From the NCBI GenBank assembly GCA_021791915.1, contig JAJYVQ010000004.1:1-39372 (forward strand): a DNA stretch of 39,372 bases, read 5' to 3'. Numbering within the stretch: position 1 is the stretch's first letter; each line of letters begins with the position of its first letter. Position numbers and translations under genes: made by a program. This stretch comes from Actinomycetes bacterium (lineage in GTDB: Bacteria; Actinomycetota; Acidimicrobiia; Acidimicrobiales; JABEUL01). The notes under the pieces are model-generated. The model was not told where the DNA came from and did not search any database. It was given only the letters and a program-made list of their open reading frames with translations. Shown piece after piece: positions 19,435-29,167 of this stretch.

Positions 19435-20916
19435 TTGTTATCTTTAAAAGTTATGAGTACAATCGATCTATTTGACGAATACGGATTTGGTCGAGACGAA
19501 ATAGAGCACTTGGTCAAGTTGCGACAGTCGTGGAACTTGTTTGCCGATTTGTCGTTTGCGGACTTAATAATGTTTATCCCTTCCATCAATGAAAAGGACA
19601 AATACATAGTTGTCGGACAGATAAGGCCCTCTACAGCACAAACTCTCTATGTTCAAGATTTAGTCGGTGTTGTTATCGATAAATCCAAAATCCCACTGGT
19701 CGACCAGGCTTTTTTTACGGGGGAAATCGGCAAAGGTCTCAGCTCAGTCACTGATTTAAGCGAATCCGTATTAGAAACCGTAATACCGGTGAATAAGAAC
19801 TCAAAAACAATCGCTGTTGTCGATCAAGTCAGAATTGCAGATTTCAGAAGACATCTTGGGCAATTGGAAAAAGCCTATTCAGATTTAGCAAACGCAATCG
19901 CAAATATGATAGTAGAAGGTACCTTCCCTTATGAGGACACCATTTTTTTTGTTGACGACAATCCCAGAGTTGGAGACGGCGTATTAATTTATGACTCAAA
20001 TTGTGAGGTAACTTTTGCATCTCCCAATGCTGTGAGTATTTTGCACAGGATAGGCATTCACATTAGCGCTACAGGACATTCAATTAAGGAATTGGATTTG
20101 TCAGAAGACACTGTTCTTAAGTCCTTCGAAACGAAGGTCCCCATTGTTGAAGAATCAGAAAGGGGAAATGACCTAATACTTTTAACGGAATCTTACCCAT
20201 TGATAGAACAAGAGAAAATAATTGGCGGTTTCATGTTAATCAGAGATGTCTCTGAACTGCGAAAAAAAGACCGGCTACTTTTAACCAAAGATGCTGCCAT
20301 TAGAGAGGTCCATCACCGAGTTAAAAACAACCTACAAACAATATCGTCTCTTCTTAGGCTACAAACCAGAAGAGTCAATGACAGTGAAGCTAAAGGCGCA
20401 CTTTCTGAAGCCGAGAGAAGAATAAGGTCGATCGCCATAGTTCACGAAATGCTTTCCAGAGACTCGAGTAATCAAGTACCTTTCAACGAAATCATAGATC
20501 TTTTGGTCAAATTTGCTAGAGACACTGCAGTAAATGACACAGATATTTCATTTGAAGTCAATCTAGCTTCAGGGGCAGTAATCGCCGAAGTAGCAACTCC
20601 TTTAGCTGTTGCAATTTCTGAACTTATTCAAAATGCATTGGAACACGCTTTTGTGGATAATCCTACTAATACACCCAAAATTAAAGTCGGGCTTAAATAT
20701 GTAAAAGATAATCTTGAAGTGACCGTCAGCGATAACGGTCAGGGACTTCCGAAAGACTTTTCAATAGAAAAAAGCAACTCCTTGGGTCTTTTATTGGTTC
20801 GTGATTTGATTAAGAATCAACTGGATGGCGAGTTAGTTTTGGAGTCAACTAACGGTACTCAAGCCAAAATTACGGTACCGATTTCGGCAATTAAATCAAT
20901 TTCGACAATTGAATAA
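19435..20916 (+). CDS. pdtaS: Cytosolic sensor histidine kinase, PdtaS-like (HisKA_2 type)
   Basis: ADLSFADL, PRVGDG, REVHHRVKNNLQ, ELIQNALEHAF, DNGQG, SLGL. Convergent with whiB1 as in mycobacteria. True start may be the ATG at 19453. Confidence 0.9.
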   Translation: MLSLKVMSTIDLFDEYGFGRDEIEHLVKLRQSWNLFADLSFADLIMFIPSINEKDKYIVVGQIRPSTAQTLYVQDLVGVVIDKSKIPLVDQAFFTGEIGKGLSSVTDLSESVLETVIPVNKNSKTIAVVDQVRIADFRRHLGQLEKAYSDLANAIANMIVEGTFPYEDTIFFVDDNPRVGDGVLIYDSNCEVTFASPNAVSILHRIGIHISATGHSIKELDLSEDTVLKSFETKVPIVEESERGNDLILLTESYPLIEQEKIIGGFMLIRDVSELRKKDRLLLTKDAAIREVHHRVKNNLQTISSLLRLQTRRVNDSEAKGALSEAERRIRSIAIVHEMLSRDSSNQVPFNEIIDLLVKFARDTAVNDTDISFEVNLASGAVIAEVATPLAVAISELIQNALEHAFVDNPTNTPKIKVGLKYVKDNLEVTVSDNGQGLPKDFSIEKSNSLGLLLVRDLIKNQLDGELVLESTNGTQAKITVPISAIKSISTIE

Positions 20917-21389
20917 TCTACGTTAATTCTCATCAATAAACATCTTTTGAGGTCTATACAATTAACATTTGAAGTATTAATTTAACATTTTTAGTTCTTC
21001 GATTGAAATACCCAATACTGCATGCAAAAGCTCCAAAAGGTTTTATACGCAGTACGTTACTTAATTATGGTACCTAATTTTGGTATTAAATAAAGTTAAT
21101 TTTTTATTTTAACGAAAGCAACAGTTACACCGCACTACTTTTGTTAAAGCAGTTATGGTGACCAAAAACCTGCCAGTTCAATAAATTCTAAAATTTAACA
21201 TTATGTGAAGCTAACTACTTTAACTTCAGGTTTGCAAAAGTTAAATAATTCTAGTTTTTAAAAATTCCTAATTTGAATGTTGGCGAAGCCACAAATAACT
21301 TAGGTTAACGGCTAAAATAACTAAGTCAAACAATAAGTTCAAACAAACTGAATGGACAGCTTAATGAATGAGCTGTTCGTCTAATTGAA

Positions 21390-21677
21390 TTAAGAAGCTT
21401 TTTTCTTTTTAGCCAGCCAAGTTCGTCTGAGTTTCCTGCGCTCATCTTCAGTCGTAGCACCCCAAACACCGCACTCCTGATTTGTTGCCAAAGCAAATTC
21501 CAAACAGTCTTGTTTTGCCTCACATGAGTTACAAACCTTCTTTGCCTGCTTTATCTGCTTTACCGCCAATCCAGTAACTCCTATTGGAAAAAAAACGTCT
21601 GGATCTACGTTTTTACATGCCGCTCTCAAACGCCAAGTTTGATCCCACTCAAATTCCAAATTTCTTGCTAGGGTCAC
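21390..21677 (-). CDS. whiB1: WhiB-family Fe-S transcription regulator (WhiB1-like)
   Basis: Four Cys (C..CxxC..C), FFPIG.TG.A..QI..AK.VC, GVWGA, TEDERR; GAAGGAG SD. Confidence 0.9.
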   Translation of the reverse strand: MTLARNLEFEWDQTWRLRAACKNVDPDVFFPIGVTGLAVKQIKQAKKVCNSCEAKQDCLEFALATNQECGVWGATTEDERRKLRRTWLAKKKKAS

Positions 21678-21788
21678 ACTGTCTCCTTCCTCTCAAACAC
21701 ATTGACCTATATGCCCGTGCAATTAAAATTACAAAAATCAAATAAGTAATTACTTATATAATTTTTCCTTATTGACATTCTAATCAAT

Positions 21789-21817
21789 AATGTAACACGA
21801 ATTTGAAAAAAATGCAA
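21789..21817 (-). promoter_or_regulatory. Sigma70/SigA-type promoter for whiB
   Basis: Minus strand TTGCAT, 17 bp, TACATT, with an extended -10 TG; about 110 bp upstream of the start. Confidence 0.55.
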
Positions 21818-21868
21818 TAGCCTTTTATCAGGCATTTTGTTAAGATTTAAAGCTAAAAGTGAGAAAAA

Positions 21869-22648
21869 ATGCAAAAAACTTCAAATTTCCTAAAAAAATC
21901 AAAGTTTTTACTTGGTCATAGAGGAGATCCGAAAAACTTTAGAGAAAATACCATGGCTTCATTTGAAAGTTGCCTTAAAAAACAAGCAGATGGATTCGAA
22001 ACTGATATTTTTCTTTCCAGCGACCTCCATCTCATGGTAAGACACGACAAAACTTTTGAAGACGGAACTGATATTACTCAATTAAACTTTCAGTCGATTA
22101 AATTACAAGATCCCGAGATTCCAACCCTTAACGAAGTTTTAGATGGCTTCCCAGACTCCTTAATTGACATAGAGATCAAAGCTGACGAAAACAGAACACA
22201 TGAAATATCAGTTGCTCTCTGTGAGTCACTCAAATCCCACAACTTAAACAACGTATTAATAACTAGTTTTTCTCTTAACCATTTAAAAGACGTTAGGTCG
22301 CTTTGCAATCAACTCAATATGTCAACAAGTTTGTGTTTTGGGCTTTTATTTTATCCGACTCAGTTCAATGATTCTAACAATTTGTATGAACAGACATTGA
22401 ACGCCATAAAATCATGTATTAAAAACGGATTTGATTTCTTTTTGCCACACTTTATAGCCGTTTACAATCAGCAAATGGAAATGATAATAGACAATATAAA
22501 ACTTGGCATCGCCACAGACGAATCCGAACAAGCTTTATTTTTAGTACCTTGGACCGTAAACGATAAACAAATTGCACAAAAACTTTTAGACAGCGAAATT
22601 GTAAAAGGAATTATATCTGACTATCCCAATCTCACCGAGACTCAATAA
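21869..22648 (+). CDS. Glycerophosphodiester phosphodiesterase family protein
   Basis: GHRG, ENT..SF, FETDI, RHD, IPTL.EVL, IEIK, WTVN, IISDYP. Confidence 0.9.
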   Translation: MQKTSNFLKKSKFLLGHRGDPKNFRENTMASFESCLKKQADGFETDIFLSSDLHLMVRHDKTFEDGTDITQLNFQSIKLQDPEIPTLNEVLDGFPDSLIDIEIKADENRTHEISVALCESLKSHNLNNVLITSFSLNHLKDVRSLCNQLNMSTSLCFGLLFYPTQFNDSNNLYEQTLNAIKSCIKNGFDFFLPHFIAVYNQQMEMIIDNIKLGIATDESEQALFLVPWTVNDKQIAQKLLDSEIVKGIISDYPNLTETQ

Positions 22649-22898
22649 AACCGACTCTACTAAAAGACGAATTTGAATTCATTTAAAAAATAAGATCAAA
22701 ACCAAAATTAGTTCAATCTGATTTAGTTAAGACTCTATCTGTAAAACTTATAAACTATTTTTTTATATTACTTTTGATTGAGAAAAAATACTTATTATAT
22801 TCCAAGATACAATGGCTTAGATAAAGGGAATTTGTGACTTTTTGTATAAAATTGCCATTTTGTAAATCAAAGATAAAAATTTAGGGCAAAATAGTACA

Positions 22899-23678
22899 AT
22901 GAACGTTGTAGTATGTGTAAAACAAATTCCAGATCCCGCTGCCCCTGGCGAATTGGATCCAAATACAAATAATCTCAGAAGAGATGGAAAACTGATCATG
23001 GACGATTCAGACTCTTACGGAGTTGAAATGGGACTTCAGTTGGCCGAATCTGCTGGAGGCGGGGAAGTTACTTTGGTGTCAATGGCACCTAATAATGAAA
23101 CTAGTGGCTTAAGGACGGCACTAGCCATGGGTGCAGCAAAAGCGACGCTAATTTCCGATGACGCTTTAAGTGGCTCAGATGCTCTTTCAACTGCAAAAGT
23201 TTTAGCAGCTGCCATTAAAAGATCACAGCCCGACTTAATAATAGCTGCTACCGAATCTTCTGACGGCTATACCGGTACTACGCCCGTACAAGTCGCAGAA
23301 CTCTTAAACTTGCCTGCAGTGACATTTGCAAAAAAAATAACTGTAGAAGGCAGCTCAATCAAGGTAGAGCGTCAAACCGAAGCTGGTTATGATGAAGTTA
23401 CCTGTCCCCTTCCAGCTCTAGTTACAGTCACAGCTGGGGTAGTAGAACCGCGTTATCCCAACTTCAAGGGTATTATGGCCGCAAAATCAAAGCCTGTCGA
23501 CGACCTCAAAGTTTCGGACTTGGGACTTACTGCTGAAGAAGTCGGCTCGACTGGAGCCAGACAAGTAGTATTTGAAGTTGTTGCAGCAGAAGCTCGACAG
23601 GCTGGCGAAAAGATTGTAGATGAAGGCGAGGCACACAAAGAGGTAGTCTCCTTCTTGGAAAAACTTAAATTAATCTGA
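22899..23678 (+). CDS. etfB: Electron transfer flavoprotein beta subunit
   Basis: VVCVKQIPD, ALAMGA, ESSDGYTG, EPRYP.FKGIMAAK. Confidence 0.95.
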   Translation: MNVVVCVKQIPDPAAPGELDPNTNNLRRDGKLIMDDSDSYGVEMGLQLAESAGGGEVTLVSMAPNNETSGLRTALAMGAAKATLISDDALSGSDALSTAKVLAAAIKRSQPDLIIAATESSDGYTGTTPVQVAELLNLPAVTFAKKITVEGSSIKVERQTEAGYDEVTCPLPALVTVTAGVVEPRYPNFKGIMAAKSKPVDDLKVSDLGLTAEEVGSTGARQVVFEVVAAEARQAGEKIVDEGEAHKEVVSFLEKLKLI

Positions 23679-23691
23679 AAGGTAAATCATA

Positions 23692-24666
23692 ATGTCAATT
23701 TCAAAAGTATGGGTTTTAGCAGAATCTGCAGACTCTAAACCAACTTCCATCACCCTAGAGCTTTTAACATTTGCCCGAAGCTTAAATACCGAAATTCATG
23801 CAATAGGATGGGGAGAAAATGTAGAGTCACTGTCAACAGAACTAGGTAACTACGGAGCCACAACTTTAAATGTTGTACCTAACGTGGGCGACTCACTACC
23901 CGGGGTTCCAGTAGCATCGGCGATTGCTCAGGCAGTTAATTCAGGAAACGGTCCTGATCTACTTTTAATCGGAGCAACTTATGACGGAAGAGATATCGCT
24001 GGTCGCCTATCTGCCAAATTAAATGTTCCAGTTTTAACAAATGTAACTGGTCTTGAGTTGCAAGATGAATCCTTGGTAGCAAGCCACAGCATATTTGGTG
24101 GCACTCAAGTTGCAAAATCTAAGTTTACAGGGAATTCCCAACCACAGATATTTGTAATCAGAGCTAAGACTTTCAGTGCAGAACCATCTTCTGGATCCCC
24201 CACCAATGTTAATTCATTGGATCCTGGGGCTATGGATTCAACAAATGCGGCAAAAATTGTGTCAAGACACGTTGAAGAAAGATCTGGTCCGAAGTTGGAC
24301 GAAGCCGATATCGTAGTATCTGGTGGACGAGGTCTAAGTGACAAAAGCAACTATTCTATGATTGAAGAGTTGGCAAAACTCTTAAAAGGTGCTCCGGGAG
24401 CATCGAGAGCAATAGTAGATGCTGGTTGGGTTCCTTATGCATATCAAGTCGGTCAAACGGGTAAAACCGTAAAGCCGACAGTTTACATTGCTTGCGGAAT
24501 ATCCGGTGCAACTCAACATCTCGTAGGTATGAAAAACGCAAAAAATATAATTGCTATCAATAAAGATCCAGAAGCTCCTATATTTTCAGTAGCTGATTTG
24601 GGGATTGTTGGGGATACTCAAAAGATACTCCCGAAACTTATTGAAGAACTTAAGTCCCGTCTCTGA
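23692..24666 (+). CDS. etfA: Electron transfer flavoprotein alpha subunit
   Basis: VSGGRG, GASRAIVDAGW, QVGQTGK.V.P, GISGA.QH, AINKD. Confidence 0.95.
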   Translation: MSISKVWVLAESADSKPTSITLELLTFARSLNTEIHAIGWGENVESLSTELGNYGATTLNVVPNVGDSLPGVPVASAIAQAVNSGNGPDLLLIGATYDGRDIAGRLSAKLNVPVLTNVTGLELQDESLVASHSIFGGTQVAKSKFTGNSQPQIFVIRAKTFSAEPSSGSPTNVNSLDPGAMDSTNAAKIVSRHVEERSGPKLDEADIVVSGGRGLSDKSNYSMIEELAKLLKGAPGASRAIVDAGWVPYAYQVGQTGKTVKPTVYIACGISGATQHLVGMKNAKNIIAINKDPEAPIFSVADLGIVGDTQKILPKLIEELKSRL

Positions 24667-24723
24667 AATAAACTCGATAGCAATTTAGGTTAGTCGAACA
24701 AAAGTATATTTGACCGATATTAT

Positions 24724-24750
24724 CCATTATAAGCATTTAGTTTATAATGG
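24724..24750. terminator. Inverted repeat downstream of etfA (possible terminator or operator)
   Basis: CCATTATAA-N9-TTATAATGG; AT-rich stem, no clear U-tract. Confidence 0.3.
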
Positions 24751-24968
24751 GCTCAAATATTGATTTTGTGAAAACCTTTATAAGTAGGTCTAAATTCAAT
24801 AATCTTTTTTTAGACAAAAGATCTTCCTTTTTTGTAGTCTGAATCCAATAAGTTTGATTTACTAACCTACTAAACAGCCTATTTTGATCTATTTACATTA
24901 ATAATTTTAACTCATTCCTCAATTTGCCACAAGACAGCAAAATGTGTTAACTTAACATTTAGCTGTTT

Positions 24969-26315
24969 ATGAAACATTTAATATCCAAATATTCAAAAGG
25001 TAAAATCTATTGTCTTAACTTTTTGTTGCTATTTTGCGTAATTCCACTATTTGCTAATGTAAATTCTTTAAATAAGGCGAGCTACACATTTGCCCAAGAC
25101 GGTCTAAATAACAGCTCTTCTCCAAACTTAATTTATATATCAGATTCAATAGGTAAAAACACAGTACTATCGACTACGACATTAGCTAGAAATTATACAG
25201 GGTTTAACTTCATTTCTAAAACTTGCCTGTCGGATTCAGTTCTATTTAATTTAATGAATCGCCAACCGCAAAGATTTGGAGTTAGCTTGTATGCAAACAA
25301 ACTTCTAATAAGTAAACCCAGTTTTAAGTCAAGCTATAGCGCAGTCAATAAGGCTGACTGCGTGAAAGGTTACCGCCATATTTTTTCCCATAACGACTCA
25401 ACAGAAAGATTTCTCGCAGAAACGAAATTTAGCAACAATCCAGTCATAGAATCCAGCTTTTTAATCACGCTATTATCCAATATTGCCTCCAACTCAAAAC
25501 CCGCACCTTCTTTGCTATCTTCTACTCTCACGTCTTTAGAAAACAATGTTCCAACTTATGGTTTCGGAAACTTAACAGTAAATGCCAAAGAACAGAACAA
25601 TTCTTTAGTGTGTCAAGAAAGTGTCCAGCCTAATCAACTTATACATATAAAGGGATCAGGATTTAAACCAAATTCTAAAGTGCAAATTTATATTGTTTCG
25701 GCTGGATTAAAGAAATCTTCATCACCTTTTATTGTATTTAAATCCGACAGTTCCGGAATTATAAACGGTCAACTTAGGATTCCACTTAATGCAAGTGGAT
25801 TCCCCCAATATTCAAAGAAAATTAAGATTAACTTCTTATTTGTGAATGCCATCGGAGAAGGTTACAAATCGATTAAACAAAACGATATTGCCATGTTGCC
25901 GTTATATCCGATCGGCGGCAAGTGTGGTGAGTTAAGTCCGATACCATTTAAAGGTTTCGGGATGCCAGTTGAAAATTTCCCCGTCATAAACAAAACACAA
26001 CTCGGTTCACTAGTACCGTTTAAATTTGAAACTCCCAATTTTCCCAGCAAGTTAAGTAATTTACTTTCAAAACATTACCCCGAAGTCGCACCAATTTCCT
26101 GCTCAGACATTCCCGTACTCAATACAGGCAAACCACTAATGTCAATAGATAACGACGGTTTCCGATCTTATTTTCTAAATTGGCTGACTGATGCATTTAG
26201 TAACTTTCATATCTATCTGCTAAATACATCCCAAATGAAAACAGGCTGTTATGAGTTTGTCCTTAAACTGATCGACAACAGCTATCATAGAGCAGTATTC
26301 GAGTTGGTACCTTAA
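24969..26315 (+). CDS. Secreted protein with Ig-like module and C-terminal PxKF domain
   Basis: Signal-like N-terminus; IKGSGFKPNSKV motif; FKGF..PV.N....N....GS.VPFKF...GCYEF...L.D.S.H.A.F. Confidence 0.65.
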   Translation: MKHLISKYSKGKIYCLNFLLLFCVIPLFANVNSLNKASYTFAQDGLNNSSSPNLIYISDSIGKNTVLSTTTLARNYTGFNFISKTCLSDSVLFNLMNRQPQRFGVSLYANKLLISKPSFKSSYSAVNKADCVKGYRHIFSHNDSTERFLAETKFSNNPVIESSFLITLLSNIASNSKPAPSLLSSTLTSLENNVPTYGFGNLTVNAKEQNNSLVCQESVQPNQLIHIKGSGFKPNSKVQIYIVSAGLKKSSSPFIVFKSDSSGIINGQLRIPLNASGFPQYSKKIKINFLFVNAIGEGYKSIKQNDIAMLPLYPIGGKCGELSPIPFKGFGMPVENFPVINKTQLGSLVPFKFETPNFPSKLSNLLSKHYPEVAPISCSDIPVLNTGKPLMSIDNDGFRSYFLNWLTDAFSNFHIYLLNTSQMKTGCYEFVLKLIDNSYHRAVFELVP

Positions 26316-26626
26316 GATTTAGATAAGACAGTCGTCAATAAGAATCAATAATAAAAATGAAAGTCTTATATTTTTGGACCCTTAGCTCACAAGTGCTTAT
26401 TCACCCAATGTTTTAAGTAATATATCTTTTGATTTATGTTTTGTAGCTATTTTATTTTTTGATTTGGTAAAAGTGGGAAATTTCGATTAGCGTCTGCAAA
26501 ATTGAGAAAATACAAATTAAGTGTACAAAATAACCGATCCGAACTAGTTTGTGGTACTTGGTGACCGAATTTAATAGTTAACTTTCTAAATAACTGTTTA
26601 AATTCCCATTTTGTAGATCTATCTTG

Positions 26627-26654
26627 AAGATTAAAGATTAAAGATTAAAGATTA
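26627..26654. repeat. (AAGATTA)4 tandem repeat
   Basis: Four perfect 7-bp copies. Confidence 0.9.
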
Positions 26655-26753
26655 ACTTATTTTTTTATATCTTTTTACTAGGTTCAAAAAGCTACATCTT
26701 CTAAGAACTGATAATGGTTTGAAATAAGAAAATCAACCGTAAAATAAGTACTA

Positions 26754-27449
26754 TTAAAATATCGGCCAAGGATAAGATCTGCGTTCCTCTGGAATATCTG
26801 GATATATACCTTCATCTAATAGGATCATAGCGCGCCTTAGTGTCATTTTGATTTCATCGGCATCAATGAATTCATTGGCAAATTCAGCGAAAGAGCCCAA
26901 TAAGCGGTTGATACTTTCTATTATCTCCTCTGACAACTCTTTACCTACAAAATCCCACATCACCGTTCGAAGTTTCGGAACCGAATTGAAACTTAATCCG
27001 TTATCTATTGCGTACACTTTGTTCAAATTGGTAACTAAAATGTGACCAGCTTTGCGATCAGCATTGTTTATTATAAGATCTAAAATTGCAATCTTAAACA
27101 ATTCAGGTACAAACCCTCCGTGATCTAAAACCTCAAAATAATCGTAAAATTTTACTTCAGTCAAAAAATGCTGAACTGAACCTATTCCAAACTCTAAATC
27201 CTCTCTAATCACCGTCTCGGGAACCGAATCAAAACCTAACTCTTTATCAGTTAAAAACGTGAGATATTCTCTTTTGTAAAGTCCTTCTGAGAAGTCCCAT
27301 AACGGTCTTTCAAATCTTTTTGGCTTATAAATTCCAAATATCTCTCTTTGGGATTCAGAACACCTAATCAAAATGGCATTATTTGAACTGGCAACAATTC
27401 TGCCGATGTATTCCACGTCGCCATTTAATAATATATCTTTTACAGTCAC
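26754..27449 (-). CDS. SCO1664-family protein (PI3/4-kinase-like fold)
   Basis: SSN, IYKP...ERPLWDF..GLYKRE, NNADRKAGH, IDNGLSF...PKLRTVMW, PWP. Confidence 0.92.
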   Translation of the reverse strand: MTVKDILLNGDVEYIGRIVASSNNAILIRCSESQREIFGIYKPKRFERPLWDFSEGLYKREYLTFLTDKELGFDSVPETVIREDLEFGIGSVQHFLTEVKFYDYFEVLDHGGFVPELFKIAILDLIINNADRKAGHILVTNLNKVYAIDNGLSFNSVPKLRTVMWDFVGKELSEEIIESINRLLGSFAEFANEFIDADEIKMTLRRAMILLDEGIYPDIPEERRSYPWPIF

Positions 27450-27465
27450 TTAACTTGCTAGCGGT

Positions 27466-28446
27466 TCAATTTGATCCTACACATTCTAAAACAGACAAAT
27501 CTGTTCTATCCGGTAAGGCCCTACCAGCCTCTAAAATATTGTTAGCTGCATTTATATCAACATTTTCTAAATATCCACATTGTATGCATTTAAACTTGTT
27601 TTGACTTGTTCGGTTCTGTTTTGAAACACACTTACACCGTGAACACTTTTGTGATGTATATTGTGGATTTACCCCAATAATTGTTCTATTAGCCTCTGCC
27701 ACTTTATAGTACATGAATTGAAGTAATTGACTCCAGCCTGCATCTAATATTGATCGGTTTAAACCTTTCTTACAATTAGCTAACTTTTGGCTGTGATATG
27801 TTAACTTGTCTTGGCTTCTTCTTAAACATCTCTGACCTTCTATTAACTCTGTGTTACTTAAAGTAACCTGATTTACTATTCCTAAATCAATTCCTACTTC
27901 GTTATTGGTTTTAGGTAAAACATTTGGTTTAATATCTGTACAAACTATAGAAATATACCATTTTTTATCATTTACCTTCTTTATGACTATATTTTTAGGT
28001 AGACCTTTTAGTTTTCTGGTGAATTTTACTTTAATATCTCCAATTGCTAACAGTTTTATTCTTTTTTCAGGTTCTTTTATCTTCCAGTTAGCTTTATCCC
28101 TGTATTCAACAGAATCTAATCTACTTAAAGACTTAAACCTTGGAAATCCTGCTTTTTGATTTGTTTTACATCTTCTGTAAAAAGACTTAAAAGCTCTATC
28201 TAGTCTCTGTAGTGTTCCTCTGTTTACTACAGTTCCATATTGAGTAATATCTGGTCTAACTTCTTTTAATTGAGACAGTGTTTTACATTGGTCAAAATAA
28301 GACACTGAATTCTTATTCCATTTATACAGTCCTACTCTTTCTTCTAGTGCTGCGTTATAGAGTTCGCACTGAGTTGCAAGCAGGTGATTTAACTTAACTA
28401 CTTGGTTTTTTGTTGGATAAAGTGGATATTTAAAAGTTCTTATCAT
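27466..28446 (-). CDS. tnpB: TnpB RNA-guided endonuclease homologue with in-frame internal deletion (RuvC-II missing)
   Basis: MIRTFKYPLYPT, LYNAALEER, GFPRFKS, VGIDLG (RuvC-I), LNRSILDAGW, YTSQKCSRC..CIQCG, DINAA (RuvC-III); no EDL motif. ATG at 28446 preferred over 28482. Confidence 0.92.
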   Translation of the reverse strand: MIRTFKYPLYPTKNQVVKLNHLLATQCELYNAALEERVGLYKWNKNSVSYFDQCKTLSQLKEVRPDITQYGTVVNRGTLQRLDRAFKSFYRRCKTNQKAGFPRFKSLSRLDSVEYRDKANWKIKEPEKRIKLLAIGDIKVKFTRKLKGLPKNIVIKKVNDKKWYISIVCTDIKPNVLPKTNNEVGIDLGIVNQVTLSNTELIEGQRCLRRSQDKLTYHSQKLANCKKGLNRSILDAGWSQLLQFMYYKVAEANRTIIGVNPQYTSQKCSRCKCVSKQNRTSQNKFKCIQCGYLENVDINAANNILEAGRALPDRTDLSVLECVGSN

Positions 28447-28600
28447 TGTATCTTCTAGTTGGCTATTTATGCAGTTGACCATTTATGTCTTGTTATTATT
28501 TACAATTTAACTGTTACAATTTTTCATTATGGAATTGTTTTTAAACTGACCCACTACCCTTAACTTCTATTAAGTGGGTATTTATATAAAACCGATAGAC
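27471..28600 (-). mobile_element. Non-autonomous IS200/IS605 (IS1341-type) element carrying tnpB only; ends inferred
   Basis: On the minus strand TTGAT (28605-28601) precedes the element and TCAA (27474-27471) ends it, as in ISDra2-like elements. Subterminal hairpins at 28549-28579 and 27487-27508. No tnpA. Confidence 0.6.
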
Positions 28601-28618
28601 ATCAATAGGTCTAAATCG

Positions 28619-29167
28619 TTAGAGCAATGGAGGTCTGTATCCGTTAGTTTTCGGGCAGTCGTGTCCTCGAGGATCCAACGGATATGAACACAGGGGACAC
28701 AGCGGTCTGCCAGATTCAATCAAGAGTTTACCCGAAATCGCCAACGCACCAGCTTGTTCTAAGGTCATAACTATTCGGATCGAAAATCCTTCAAAAGCTA
28801 CATTAGAGATAATCTTTAAGGGATCGTCTATATCGTCAACTGAAGGAGCGTCAGGAGAAAACTCCTGAGCTACCAAAAATACCCTGTTAATTTCTTCTTC
28901 GTAAAGAGCCGCAATCGGACCTGCCGCCCACATGGGTTCGATCGGCTCTTCCAATACTGTGGGCTCAACTAAATGACCAGGTCTCGGGGAGCTTTCAAAA
29001 ATCTTGGATAAATATTCGACTATTGCTTTGACCTGTTGTTTTTCAAGTTTGATAGTGGCTATAGAGCTACCCTCAACTACCTGAAGTAAAAAAACTCTGC
29101 TTCCAGGTTCTCCTATAGCACCAAAGGTAACTTTATCTGGATTTTCATACAACCATGCGTCAGGCAC
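28619..29167 (-). CDS. DUF3090 family protein
   Basis: GAIGEPGSRVFLLQ, KLEKQQV, GRPLCPLC..PLDP.GH.CPKTNG. Confidence 0.92.
   Translation of the reverse strand: MPDAWLYENPDKVTFGAIGEPGSRVFLLQVVEGSSIATIKLEKQQVKAIVEYLSKIFESSPRPGHLVEPTVLEEPIEPMWAAGPIAALYEEEINRVFLVAQEFSPDAPSVDDIDDPLKIISNVAFEGFSIRIVMTLEQAGALAISGKLLIESGRPLCPLCSYPLDPRGHDCPKTNGYRPPLL

Noticed and set aside
28447-28618. IStron (group I intron plus tnpB), suggested by the TTGAT target and a hairpin spanning the left junction
   Set aside because: Only about 155 nt separate the left end from tnpB, too short for a group I core. The inferred right end is not a G, and the insertion is intergenic.
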